Source: a phage. Taken from it: DNA of 50,975 nucleotides. The stretch lies in sequence record PZ871100.1; one strand, 5' to 3'. A program made the position numbers and the translations under genes. The notes below the pieces were generated by a model. It was not told the origin of the DNA, did no database searches, and saw nothing but the letters and a program-made list of their open reading frames with translations. Position 1 is the stretch's first letter; every line of letters starts with the position of its first letter. Positions 20,900-29,075 of this stretch are shown piece after piece.

Positions 20900-21050
20900 A
20901 AATCAATAAGTTAGTAGTATATATATTCATGTTTGTTCTTTATTGTTATCTATGTTTTGTGTGATTTTGTGTGTCTGGTGATTTTTCTGTGGTTATGCAT
21001 GTGTCATTGGTTATATGTGTCTATATATCTATATCCGGCGCAAATTGAGG
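20900..21050. repeat. GT-rich noncoding element A (homolog of 42403-42600)
   Basis: Shares exact 16-mer AAATCAATAAGTTAGT (20900-20915) and diverged GT-rich tract with element B. Confidence 0.6.
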
Positions 21051-21156
21051 AACAAGAGAACAAAAGATAACAAAGATATTTATCAATCACTTACATGTAA
21101 GTTTTGTTATCTAAGTTGGTTATAACGTTATTAGAACAGAAAAAACAAAATAACTA

Positions 21157-21184
21157 TTGACTAAACGCATCAAATAGCTACAAT
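21157..21184 (+). promoter_or_regulatory. sigma70-like promoter (TTGACT - 16 nt - TACAAT) upstream of exonuclease gene
   Basis: -35 at 21157-21162, -10 at 21179-21184, about 30 nt upstream of the ATG. Confidence 0.5.
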
Positions 21185-21213
21185 GCAGAAATACCAACCA
21201 ATGAGGGCAAATC

Positions 21214-22275
21214 ATGAATAAGTTTATGGCGTACACCAGCGAAGAAATGAGCAATGAGCTTTATCACGATCCAGAAGCGTTGACGGCTGATTATGTTAGT
21301 GGATCAAGCCTTGCAGAGATTTACAGCACATGCCCGGCAGCGTGGAAGTTCAAGCCGCGTGAAGATAAGAGCAAGGCGCTAGTTTTCGGTACGCAGTCGC
21401 ATACCAACTTTGAAAGCAAGGAGCTTTTCGAAAAAACCTACCGCCGTGCACCAGCGCCAGAAGACTTTAAGGATCTGATAACCAGCCAAACGGCGCTTGC
21501 TGCAAAGCTAAAATCATTTGGCCTGAAAGGTACAACAGGAAAGACTTACCCTGAACTTATAAAAATGTTGGTTGACTGCGGAGAAGACCTTAACGTTATG
21601 TGGTTAATCGACATGATCGCAGAAAGCCAGGCCAGGGCCGATGGGGTTCAGTTAATCGAAGCTAAAGATTACGATGCGTGCGTGGCAATGCGCCAGGTTC
21701 TTGAATCAATACCGGAACATAACGCATGTATGAATAGCAAGACGGCACAACGTGAATTATCGTTGTTCGGTGAAATCAACGGCGTAAAAGTCAAAGTGCG
21801 ATGCGATCACGTTGACGTAACAAAGAATGTGACAGCAACTCTGATTGATGGTTACGATGAAAAAGGTCAGCCGATTTGCCGCGATATTATTTATCCAGAA
21901 GCTATTGTGATCACTGACTACAAAACAACAATGAGCGCTAATCCGGTTGAGTTTATGCGCCTGGCTTACAATCACGGCTATTATTTGAAAATGGCGTTGC
22001 AATGTGATTTATTCAGAAAAGCGTATCCAGAAGAAAAGCGACCTATAGTTGTTCGACTGTTAGCGCAAGAGAAGAAAGAGCCTTATTTGCCGTTGGCTTT
22101 CCGCATGAACAGCGAGCAATTGAAGATCGGGCGCATTCAGTACATGAGCGTAATTAACCAGTTTGCCATGTGCCAGCAACATGACGTTTGGCCTTCGTAT
22201 TCAAACGGCGAGCCGGAGGTTTGCCTTGATACTCCTGATTGGGTGCGACGCCAGTTTAAGCAATATCTTATTTAA
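21214..22275 (+). CDS. PD-(D/E)XK-type exonuclease (RecE/YqaJ-like, putative)
   Basis: 353 aa; D...ITDYKTT motif; immediately upstream of ERF and SSB; sigma70-like promoter upstream. Confidence 0.5.
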   Translation: MNKFMAYTSEEMSNELYHDPEALTADYVSGSSLAEIYSTCPAAWKFKPREDKSKALVFGTQSHTNFESKELFEKTYRRAPAPEDFKDLITSQTALAAKLKSFGLKGTTGKTYPELIKMLVDCGEDLNVMWLIDMIAESQARADGVQLIEAKDYDACVAMRQVLESIPEHNACMNSKTAQRELSLFGEINGVKVKVRCDHVDVTKNVTATLIDGYDEKGQPICRDIIYPEAIVITDYKTTMSANPVEFMRLAYNHGYYLKMALQCDLFRKAYPEEKRPIVVRLLAQEKKEPYLPLAFRMNSEQLKIGRIQYMSVINQFAMCQQHDVWPSYSNGEPEVCLDTPDWVRRQFKQYLI

Positions 22276-22284
22276 ACAGCACAA

Positions 22285-22318
22285 ATAGCTAAACAAATGA
22301 AAAATGCGGTGTTATAAT
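22285..22318 (+). promoter_or_regulatory. variant box-like element with TATAAT inside a hairpin
   Basis: AAATAGCTAAACAAATGAAAA then GCGGTG TTATAAT TCACCGC; upstream of gene 22357. Confidence 0.35.
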
Positions 22319-22356
22319 TCACCGCATAAGTTAACAACAAGCGTAAGGAAATAAAC

Positions 22357-22635
22357 ATGGAAAACAAACAAGTGTCAGAGGTAGCAGTTCATATCAATAA
22401 TTTTGCAACTGGCATGGCTATGTTGCTTCGTGACTTTGTGGCGCCGCTTGATCCAGCGGCAGGCGCAGAAGAAATGGAGTACATCAGAAAAGTAATGGAT
22501 GCAGTCGATAACGTCGTACTTGTTGCAACAATGAGCGAAGACAACGAGGAAGCAATCAAGGCGGTAAAAGAAAGTTCTGATCGCATGATGGAAAATCTGA
22601 TTAAATTACACACCAAAGAAGAAACAAAACATTAA
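22357..22635 (+). CDS. hypothetical protein
   Basis: 92-aa acidic ORF with AAGGAA RBS. Confidence 0.4.
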   Translation: MENKQVSEVAVHINNFATGMAMLLRDFVAPLDPAAGAEEMEYIRKVMDAVDNVVLVATMSEDNEEAIKAVKESSDRMMENLIKLHTKEETKH

Positions 22636-22680
22636 CAGCAATAAGGCGGCGAAAGCCGCCATTAATTACGGGAATTAATC

Positions 22681-23337
22681 ATGAAACTATCAGAGCAATT
22701 CGACAAGGTTTTACCAGCACTGCATAAGGCGCGTAGTTTGTTTGTAAAGGTGAAGAAGGATAAGCAAAATACGCACCTTAAAAACCGTTACGCAACGCTT
22801 GATGCCGTACTTGATGCAATCACTCCAGCATTGAATGATAACGAGCTAATGTTGATGCAGGACATGATTGAAAGCGAACAACCAAACAGAATCAAGGTTG
22901 AGACAACCGTTCTTCATGTTTCCGGTCAGTGGGTGAAATTTTACGCAGAGCTACCAATCGTTAAAAACGACCCTCAAGGTGTCGGATCTGCATTCACATA
23001 CGCGCGTCGATATGCAGCAGCAGCAGCATTTGGCTTAAGCCAGGCAGACGATGACGCACAGATTGCCGTTAAATCCGCAAACGACTGGAAGCGTGACATT
23101 GAGAAATGCGAAAGCGTAAACGAATTACAAGAAGTGCTCAAATCAGCATGGAAGGCAAGCGATCCGGCAAGCAAGCAGGTAATTAAAGAGCATTACGAAA
23201 AGCGCAAGGCAGAACTTGAGATCGGAAAAGCACGAGGATTTAATCCAGCGCAACCAAAACAAAATCTTGCCGATCAAGACGTTGACACAAAAAACGACGA
23301 GCAAGTAAAATCACAAAGCATAACTGATTTTGAATAA
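22681..23337 (+). CDS. ERF-family single-strand annealing protein
   Basis: [13 protein letters not shown] and [18 protein letters not shown] motifs characteristic of ERF. Confidence 0.75.
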   Translation: MKLSEQFDKVLPALHKARSLFVKVKKDKQNTHLKNRYATLDAVLDAITPALNDNELMLMQDMIESEQPNRIKVETTVLHVSGQWVKFYAELPIVKNDPQGVGSAFTYARRYAAAAAFGLSQADDDAQIAVKSANDWKRDIEKCESVNELQEVLKSAWKASDPASKQVIKEHYEKRKAELEIGKARGFNPAQPKQNLADQDVDTKNDEQVKSQSITDFE

Positions 23338-23381
23338 TTGACATGGGGCGCTTGCGCCCCTTTCTTACAGGAGAATAAATA

Positions 23382-23822
23382 ATGCATATTATTACTGGTG
23401 AGATCCGAAAAGAGCCGCGAGTAAAGCAAATGCCTAACGGCAGCACGCTTTATGTGGTTGAACTTTCAGAGCGATACAAAGATAAAGATGGAAATTGGCA
23501 ATATACAAACTACAGTTTCTTTTTTAATGCCAAAACAGAAGGTCTTAATGGTTGGTATGCTGAGGCGTTCCAGGTTGGAAAGGTTATTTCTGTATCTTGC
23601 GACACGCTGCGCATAGAAACGCGTGAATATAACGGAAAGATGTATTCAAGTTTATTGCCTGGTGGATTCGCAAATCTTATATTCAGCCAGCGCGGAGAAG
23701 GCCAGCCGCAACAGCAACAACAAGGAGGATGGGGCCAGCCACAGCAACAGAATCAACAGCAACAACAACCCAAACAAAGCAATCAACCTCCTATGGACTT
23801 TGACGACGACATTCCTTTCTGA
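23382..23822 (+). CDS. ssb: single-stranded DNA-binding protein
   Basis: OB-fold N-terminus, Gln/Gly-rich linker, acidic tail MDFDDDIPF. Confidence 0.9.
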   Translation: MHIITGEIRKEPRVKQMPNGSTLYVVELSERYKDKDGNWQYTNYSFFFNAKTEGLNGWYAEAFQVGKVISVSCDTLRIETREYNGKMYSSLLPGGFANLIFSQRGEGQPQQQQQGGWGQPQQQNQQQQQPKQSNQPPMDFDDDIPF

Positions 23823-23827
23823 TCAAC

Positions 23828-23850
23828 AAAGGGGCATTACGCCCCTTTTT
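23828..23850. terminator. bidirectional terminator between ssb and convergent minus block
   Basis: AAA GGGGC attac GCCCC TTTTT. Confidence 0.65.
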
Positions 23851-24094
23851 CACTTTCAGCGATTCCAAGCACGGCAATAACCTTGACAGCAATTCGCTTT
23901 GCAAGTTCAGTTTGATTCGCGTTCAGCTTTCCGGTGGTCATTATTGACAACATTCCGCTCATACTTCCAAGACCGTTAAAATCTGACATTGCCGATTTCA
24001 TGATTGATATTGGTGAATGACCTTCATCAGCTATTGTGTGCGCTCTCTCTGACAGGTCTTTAACTACCTGATCAATTCCTTCACTTTTCGTCAT
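23837..24094 (-). CDS. hypothetical protein
   Basis: 85-aa ORF with AAGGAAAA RBS, last gene of the minus block. Confidence 0.35.
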   Translation of the reverse strand: MTKSEGIDQVVKDLSERAHTIADEGHSPISIMKSAMSDFNGLGSMSGMLSIMTTGKLNANQTELAKRIAVKVIAVLGIAESEKGA

Positions 24095-24572
24095 TTGCTT
24101 TTCCTTCAGTAGTTGATTGCTGTTCTGGCATTATAGGCCACGGGCTAATTGATTCCCTTTCTGCTACTGGTTTTTCAGGTTCAATACCTAAAAACTTTCC
24201 TACAAACTCACCAACAAAATTTGAGCTATCGCTTACATAAACATGCATCCTGTCTAGATCTGCAACCGTAACGCTATTTGGTGCGATCATGATCCTCTGT
24301 TGGTGAAAACCGATATACATCACATTTGCCGGACGCTCAATAGTTCCCATATTTGGCGCAATTACGCCCATTATCCAACAATAATGAATGTTGCCATCAA
24401 GCGGCTCACATCCAGCGTTAAGCCAGTTTACTTTCTGGTGTGGGAATGCCATTGATGAATCAGTAGCATCACGCCGCAACGACCATTTAACGCCTCCAAT
24501 CTCAATGATTTGTTTTGGCCTCATTCCGTTGAATTGAGTCACGCCAGCGCCATTTTGATTAATGTTTTGCAT
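24081..24572 (-). CDS. hypothetical protein
   Basis: 163-aa ORF, RBS AAGGTGA. Confidence 0.45.
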   Translation of the reverse strand: MQNINQNGAGVTQFNGMRPKQIIEIGGVKWSLRRDATDSSMAFPHQKVNWLNAGCEPLDGNIHYCWIMGVIAPNMGTIERPANVMYIGFHQQRIMIAPNSVTVADLDRMHVYVSDSSNFVGEFVGKFLGIEPEKPVAERESISPWPIMPEQQSTTEGKANDEK

Positions 24573-24586
24573 ATCGGTTCACCTTG

Positions 24587-24910
24587 TTACATTGATTTCA
24601 TTTTACGCAATGCGCAGACACAAGCGGCAGCAAGATCGGTTAATTCTTTCTCAATGCCATGATGCGATCCGTCTGCCTTTTCGGTCATTAGCTCTTTGTA
24701 TTCCATTTCTACAATCGACATTAAGCCGCCAGGCTTGTCAATGTGCGCGTCCCAGGTCTTAGGATGGTGCTTAGTTCTTTCAATAACACTTCCCATAACT
24801 GCATCATGTTCATGATCTCGATCATAATCTCTATCATGGCCATTTCCTCCAATTACTACTCGCGGCAAATGCACGCGTGGTAAATGATAGCCAGCGACAC
24901 GAATTTTCAT
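24587..24910 (-). CDS. hypothetical His/Asp-rich protein (tandem HLPRV)
   Basis: 107 aa; GAGGA RBS immediately after terminator hairpin; HLPRVHLPRV and DRDYDRDHEHD. Confidence 0.45.
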   Translation of the reverse strand: MKIRVAGYHLPRVHLPRVVIGGNGHDRDYDRDHEHDAVMGSVIERTKHHPKTWDAHIDKPGGLMSIVEMEYKELMTEKADGSHHGIEKELTDLAAACVCALRKMKSM

Positions 24911-24926
24911 GAGTATATCCTCTTAT

Positions 24927-24949
24927 AAAAAAGCGCCCCGAAAGGCGCT
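24927..24949 (-). terminator. terminator-like hairpin after glycine-rich protein gene
   Basis: Minus strand AGCGCC tttcgg GGCGCT then TTTTTT, then RBS of next gene. Confidence 0.55.
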
Positions 24950-24959
24950 TGATTTATTA

Positions 24960-25661
24960 TCAGCCGCAACAGCCAGTAGGCGGAGTCTGCGGAGTAGGCA
25001 ACTTGAAGTTTACCAATTGCTCTACCTGGTTGATTTTGCAATTCAGTGCGGCGGTCTGGTTTGCCTGAGATAGAGCAAATCGCGCCTCCTGCAACTGAGC
25101 TTTCATATCGCAAATCAATACAGCCTGAGAATCAGCGAACTGTTGACGCATCAGATCTCGCGTTGCGTTACCTTGTCGCTCAATGTTCAGGTTTGTCTCG
25201 CAGCAACATCTCTCGGCTGCAATCTGTGCCTGATAGGAACGCTCAAGAGCATTAACATCAGCAGCATTAATCGCAGCAACTGTCTGGTTAGTACCGCTAA
25301 CAATCGCGGTATTCAGTCCGGCGAAACCTTGCACCGATGCAAGCAGGCTTTGCGTATTCTGGCTGGTAATGCCGTTAAAGGTTGATGCTGCGGAGCGCTC
25401 AACGGTAAGGTTTGTTGAGTTTTGGCCTTGCAGAGTTTGCAGACCCAGGTTGTTTACGCCTGTCTGGATGTTATTAATACCATCAAGAACAGCGTTAGCA
25501 CCGACAGCAACAGCAGCACCATCACCACCATAACCACCACGACCATTAAAGCCGTTACCAAACCATGAACCAATCAGGCCGCCAACAGCACCACCAAGTC
25601 CAGCCGCGCCAGCTTCGCCACCAAAACCACCACCAGTAGGGAGTAAAGTCATATCTGACAT
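24960..25661 (-). CDS. glycine-rich protein with CCC / CCG cysteine clusters (function unknown)
   Basis: ATG 25661 with AGAGGA RBS; ~60-aa Gly-rich N-terminus, Gln/Asn/Thr-rich middle, CCCETN and C-terminal GCCG. Confidence 0.6.
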   Translation of the reverse strand: MSDMTLLPTGGGFGGEAGAAGLGGAVGGLIGSWFGNGFNGRGGYGGDGAAVAVGANAVLDGINNIQTGVNNLGLQTLQGQNSTNLTVERSAASTFNGITSQNTQSLLASVQGFAGLNTAIVSGTNQTVAAINAADVNALERSYQAQIAAERCCCETNLNIERQGNATRDLMRQQFADSQAVLICDMKAQLQEARFALSQANQTAALNCKINQVEQLVNFKLPTPQTPPTGCCG

Positions 25662-25838
25662 AGTAAATTCCTCTTTGACGTTAAAAAAAATTAAAAAAGT
25701 TTGCAACATTTATGTTACGACAAAGAGTATGCGCCTAACTGTCGGGAATAGATATAAATCATTTGTAAGCGATATGTAAGCAACTGGCATAAAGACGAAA
25801 AAAGCGCAGCCTGAGCCGCGCCTTTTGATTATTTTTTG

Positions 25839-27425
25839 TTAATTATCAGAAGTTTTATTCTTGTTGATAAATGCAGAAACAACAGCTTTCAGTTCTTCAA
25901 CCTCCTTTTCAAGATTTGAAACAATCTCTTTAAATTCGCTAATCTCATTCTCAAGAGCTAATACCTTGTTAGAGCTGTAAACGAATGCAGAACACAAATC
26001 CATCAACAGCACGTTACTATCAAGAGTCAGCACATCGTCTGTATACCCGATTTCCTTTCTGTCGACTACTACCTCGTTCCCGTCCTCGTCCACCCCCTTG
26101 ATGTCCTCATAGATGGCGTAACCAGGCAGCAAATGCACGTATTCCGGGTCAATCCTTGCCAGGTCCTGCGCGATAAGGCCGTATCGCTGTACGTCCGACT
26201 CCTTATACTTGAACATTGCCGGAAGCCATTGACGAACGCGGTTGTAGCTTTCCTCGCCGTCAGTGTATTGGATTTCTTTTTTAAGGTCGCGGTCCGATAG
26301 CGGCGCTTTCTGGAACTCGTTAACCGAAGGTTTGACGGAGTTACCACTAATCAGCCTTTGGTCTGGCATGAAGCGGAATAGCGCCTCACTATAACCATCC
26401 TTCCACACGTGGACACGGTAGTCCGATAAGTGGGTATCGCCGCCCCTAACCAAGCCAGATCGCGTCCAATCCGTGTACCACTTATGCATCGTCTGCCCAG
26501 CCCAACTATCAATCCCGAAAGACGCGTTAGATAGAATCAAACCGTTTCTTTCGACATCATTGAAGGTTAGCGATTCGCCTCCGTTCAGGCGGAGCGATGC
26601 GTGCTTAACGTTACTATCGTCGCCAACCCCTAGATTGGCGCGTGCCGCCGCTGCCGTTGTTGCTGCCGTGCCGCCTTTTTCGATGGGAACGGTGTTCTCC
26701 GTAGCTACAGACCCCAAACCAAGATTAGTGCGCGCCTCCGATTTATCCGCCAGCCCTGCCAGGTTGTCGGTTTTAGTTAGCAGGTTGCCTGGGTTTACGC
26801 TTTGCGCCCATTGCTCGGCATTAATTTCAGATTGCTTTGCGTTGACTTCAGAAGTTTTAGATTTTGTTTCCGATAACTTTGCTGCATCCTCAGATGATTT
26901 AGCTGCATTCTTCGATGCAAGTGCTTCTGACGCTGAATTGCTTGCGTTTGTCTCAGAAGTCTTCGCGGCGACCTCTGACAATTTGGCCTTATCCTCTGAT
27001 GACTTCGCTTCATTTTTACTGGCCTCAGTTTTAGCGGTGTTTTCCGCCACCTGATCAACCATCACCTTAAACGCTTCCCAATCAAACGTTTTGAAAAATT
27101 CAATAGCTTCCTCGATCTGAGTTTCTTTGCTTTGATAGTAACGCAGCGTTTCCGCAACATCTTGCGCCAGGCCGTCAACAGTGATTGAGTCATGCAGCAA
27201 AATAATGTAGTTACTTCGCCCAATTTCAGCGCCGCCAGTTGTGATGGCGCGGATTTGTGTATCGCTGATAACTTCACTGATCACAGCCGCTTGAAATGGT
27301 GCATCAATGAAAAAGATTGTTGCACCAGGGCGAATGAGTGTTAGTTGCTCTCGCCATTTTGTGTCGTATCCAGTGATATAACCTTGCGCGTCCATTGACG
27401 CTTGTCCGGTTCTGTAAATTGCCAT
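25839..27425 (-). CDS. tail fiber protein with C-terminal intramolecular chaperone (peptidase S74-like) domain
   Basis: ATG 27425 with GGGAGA RBS; Ser/Ala/Lys repeat region, NLGLG/NLGVG motifs, C-terminal chaperone-like region (RYGLIAQDL..., coiled coil). Confidence 0.8.
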   Translation of the reverse strand: MAIYRTGQASMDAQGYITGYDTKWREQLTLIRPGATIFFIDAPFQAAVISEVISDTQIRAITTGGAEIGRSNYIILLHDSITVDGLAQDVAETLRYYQSKETQIEEAIEFFKTFDWEAFKVMVDQVAENTAKTEASKNEAKSSEDKAKLSEVAAKTSETNASNSASEALASKNAAKSSEDAAKLSETKSKTSEVNAKQSEINAEQWAQSVNPGNLLTKTDNLAGLADKSEARTNLGLGSVATENTVPIEKGGTAATTAAAARANLGVGDDSNVKHASLRLNGGESLTFNDVERNGLILSNASFGIDSWAGQTMHKWYTDWTRSGLVRGGDTHLSDYRVHVWKDGYSEALFRFMPDQRLISGNSVKPSVNEFQKAPLSDRDLKKEIQYTDGEESYNRVRQWLPAMFKYKESDVQRYGLIAQDLARIDPEYVHLLPGYAIYEDIKGVDEDGNEVVVDRKEIGYTDDVLTLDSNVLLMDLCSAFVYSSNKVLALENEISEFKEIVSNLEKEVEELKAVVSAFINKNKTSDN

Positions 27426-27483
27426 GCGTTTTCTCCCATGTTGCATGTTAATGTCAATGCAGATAATAGCATTTGATAAGGCC

Positions 27484-27506
27484 AAAAAAAACCCCGCAAT
27501 GCGGGG
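27484..27506 (-). terminator. terminator after primase gene
   Basis: Minus strand CCCCGC att GCGGGG then 8 T. Confidence 0.65.
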
Positions 27507-27524
27507 TAAAAGTAGCAGTGACAT

Positions 27525-28457
27525 TTAGAGAAGAGATTCAGGTTTATAAACCTTCCTCTCTATCCCTTGCCTGTAATTATCATTAATCGGCATCATAATT
27601 TCAAGTCCTCTTTCCTCGGCAGCAATGATCGCGTCACGATCTGTGCTCTTACAGACAACTCGCATTCTTCTGTTGCCTTTATACCTGTAAGCTACAATCT
27701 CAATGTTAGTTGCATCAAAGCAGGCCCAAACCTCTTGACCAGTTGCAAGGTGAATATGTTGCGCATCAATCCAGTCAACGCAAAGATAGATCGTCTTATC
27801 TGTGCTTCCTGTTCTCACAACCGACCCGCGCGTGTAGTCCTTTGCGAGAAAAGACCGTTTACCTTCTTCATCAATGAAAAGCACATTGCACATTTCATCA
27901 TCAATCTCATCTGAGTGTACCATGTGACAAGGTAGCGCGTGAATGTATCTACCATCTTTTACGCCGCAATCATAATGACCATCTTCAGGCGGGTATATTC
28001 CTTCATATGTGCTTAACGGCGTTCGATTAAATTTTAGTGTTTTTGACATAACGCGCTCGCAGCATTCATGGCTTGCCTGTTTACCAAACGAATAACCAGA
28101 ATCACGAGATACTCGCTTATTTGCCTTGATTCTATAGTCCTGCGGAACTTTTCCAAGAAAGCGACCCAAAATATTGATCACTTCGCTGTAAGGTTCTCCG
28201 GTTAGCTTCATGATCCAACCAATTCCAGTATCATTACCGCACACGTTGCAGATCGCACCGCCATCGCCTTTTTTATCGCCAAGTTTATCTGTCCACCTGA
28301 ATCGATCTTTTCCGCCGCAGTGGGGGCAAGATTGATGCTTGCCGTTAAAAACTTCATTTGGAAGACCGCAAATACTTTGTAGCGCCTCACGCCATAATCC
28401 TTGCATATATGGGAGAACATCTTCCTTTTGATAAACCATAAAGTTTTCGTTGTTCAT
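27525..28457 (-). CDS. DNA primase (zinc-binding CPxCGG type)
   Basis: ATG 28457 with GAGGTG RBS; CPHCGGKDRFRW...CNVCGN zinc-ribbon; followed by terminator. Confidence 0.65.
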   Translation of the reverse strand: MNNENFMVYQKEDVLPYMQGLWREALQSICGLPNEVFNGKHQSCPHCGGKDRFRWTDKLGDKKGDGGAICNVCGNDTGIGWIMKLTGEPYSEVINILGRFLGKVPQDYRIKANKRVSRDSGYSFGKQASHECCERVMSKTLKFNRTPLSTYEGIYPPEDGHYDCGVKDGRYIHALPCHMVHSDEIDDEMCNVLFIDEEGKRSFLAKDYTRGSVVRTGSTDKTIYLCVDWIDAQHIHLATGQEVWACFDATNIEIVAYRYKGNRRMRVVCKSTDRDAIIAAEERGLEIMMPINDNYRQGIERKVYKPESLL

Positions 28458-28512
28458 ATGCACCTCAAACAAAAAAGCCTGACAGATGATAACATCATGA
28501 CAGGCATTGTTT

Positions 28513-28986
28513 TTAGCAATTAGTGCTTTCAGGTTTATACAGGAATCCGCCAGGTTCATAATCTGACATTCTTACCACTCGCAACATTTCACGCTTATCA
28601 CATCTCTTTGTGAGCGGTTTTCCATTGGAATCAAATCGCAGATCTGGACGGCAGAATGAAGCGCGATAACCTTGACAGCCATACTTTTTATAATCATTGT
28701 GCACCTTTTGAGCGCCAGCGGCTGAAATCATACCGCGAACTCGCCACTGATTTACAGTTTGCTGGCTAACGTTAAGACGTTTTGCCATTGCTGACACACT
28801 TCCGTAATACTCAATAAGGATGTCAAGGCGTGCTTTTAGTCCGGCTCGCACTTCATCTTTTAAAACATAGTATCCTGTAGGGCGCTTGCGCTTCTTCTTG
28901 TCCTTGCCTCGTCTTGTTCCGTTATTGCCATTAATTGTGCGCTTGTCAATCTTTCCTGTTGATACTGCGATTCGTTGTTCTTTCAT
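28513..28986 (-). CDS. helix-turn-helix DNA-binding protein (putative regulator)
   Basis: 157 aa; basic N-terminus KDKKKRKRP; HTH-like SVSAMAKRLNVSQQTVNQW; heads the minus replication block. Confidence 0.5.
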   Translation of the reverse strand: MKEQRIAVSTGKIDKRTINGNNGTRRGKDKKKRKRPTGYYVLKDEVRAGLKARLDILIEYYGSVSAMAKRLNVSQQTVNQWRVRGMISAAGAQKVHNDYKKYGCQGYRASFCRPDLRFDSNGKPLTKRCDKREMLRVVRMSDYEPGGFLYKPESTNC

Positions 28987-28999
28987 TATTCATTCTCCA

Positions 29000-29042
29000 A
29001 TAGCATTTTTTGTTAAACGATGATTTAATGATTGTGTATTAT
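29000..29042 (+). promoter_or_regulatory. conserved-box promoter-like unit (box ATAGCATTTTTTGTTAAACG + 17 nt + TATTAT), helicase operon
   Basis: Box 29000-29019, -10-like hexamer 29037-29042; divergent from HTH gene. Confidence 0.55.
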
Positions 29043-29075
29043 ACACGCCAAATGGCATTACTCAAAGGTTTTAGA

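Noticed and set aside
26473-27054. 193-aa plus-strand ORF inside the tail fiber gene
   Set aside because: Antisense to the repeat region of the fiber gene; low-complexity Ala/Ser/Leu translation; no start context.
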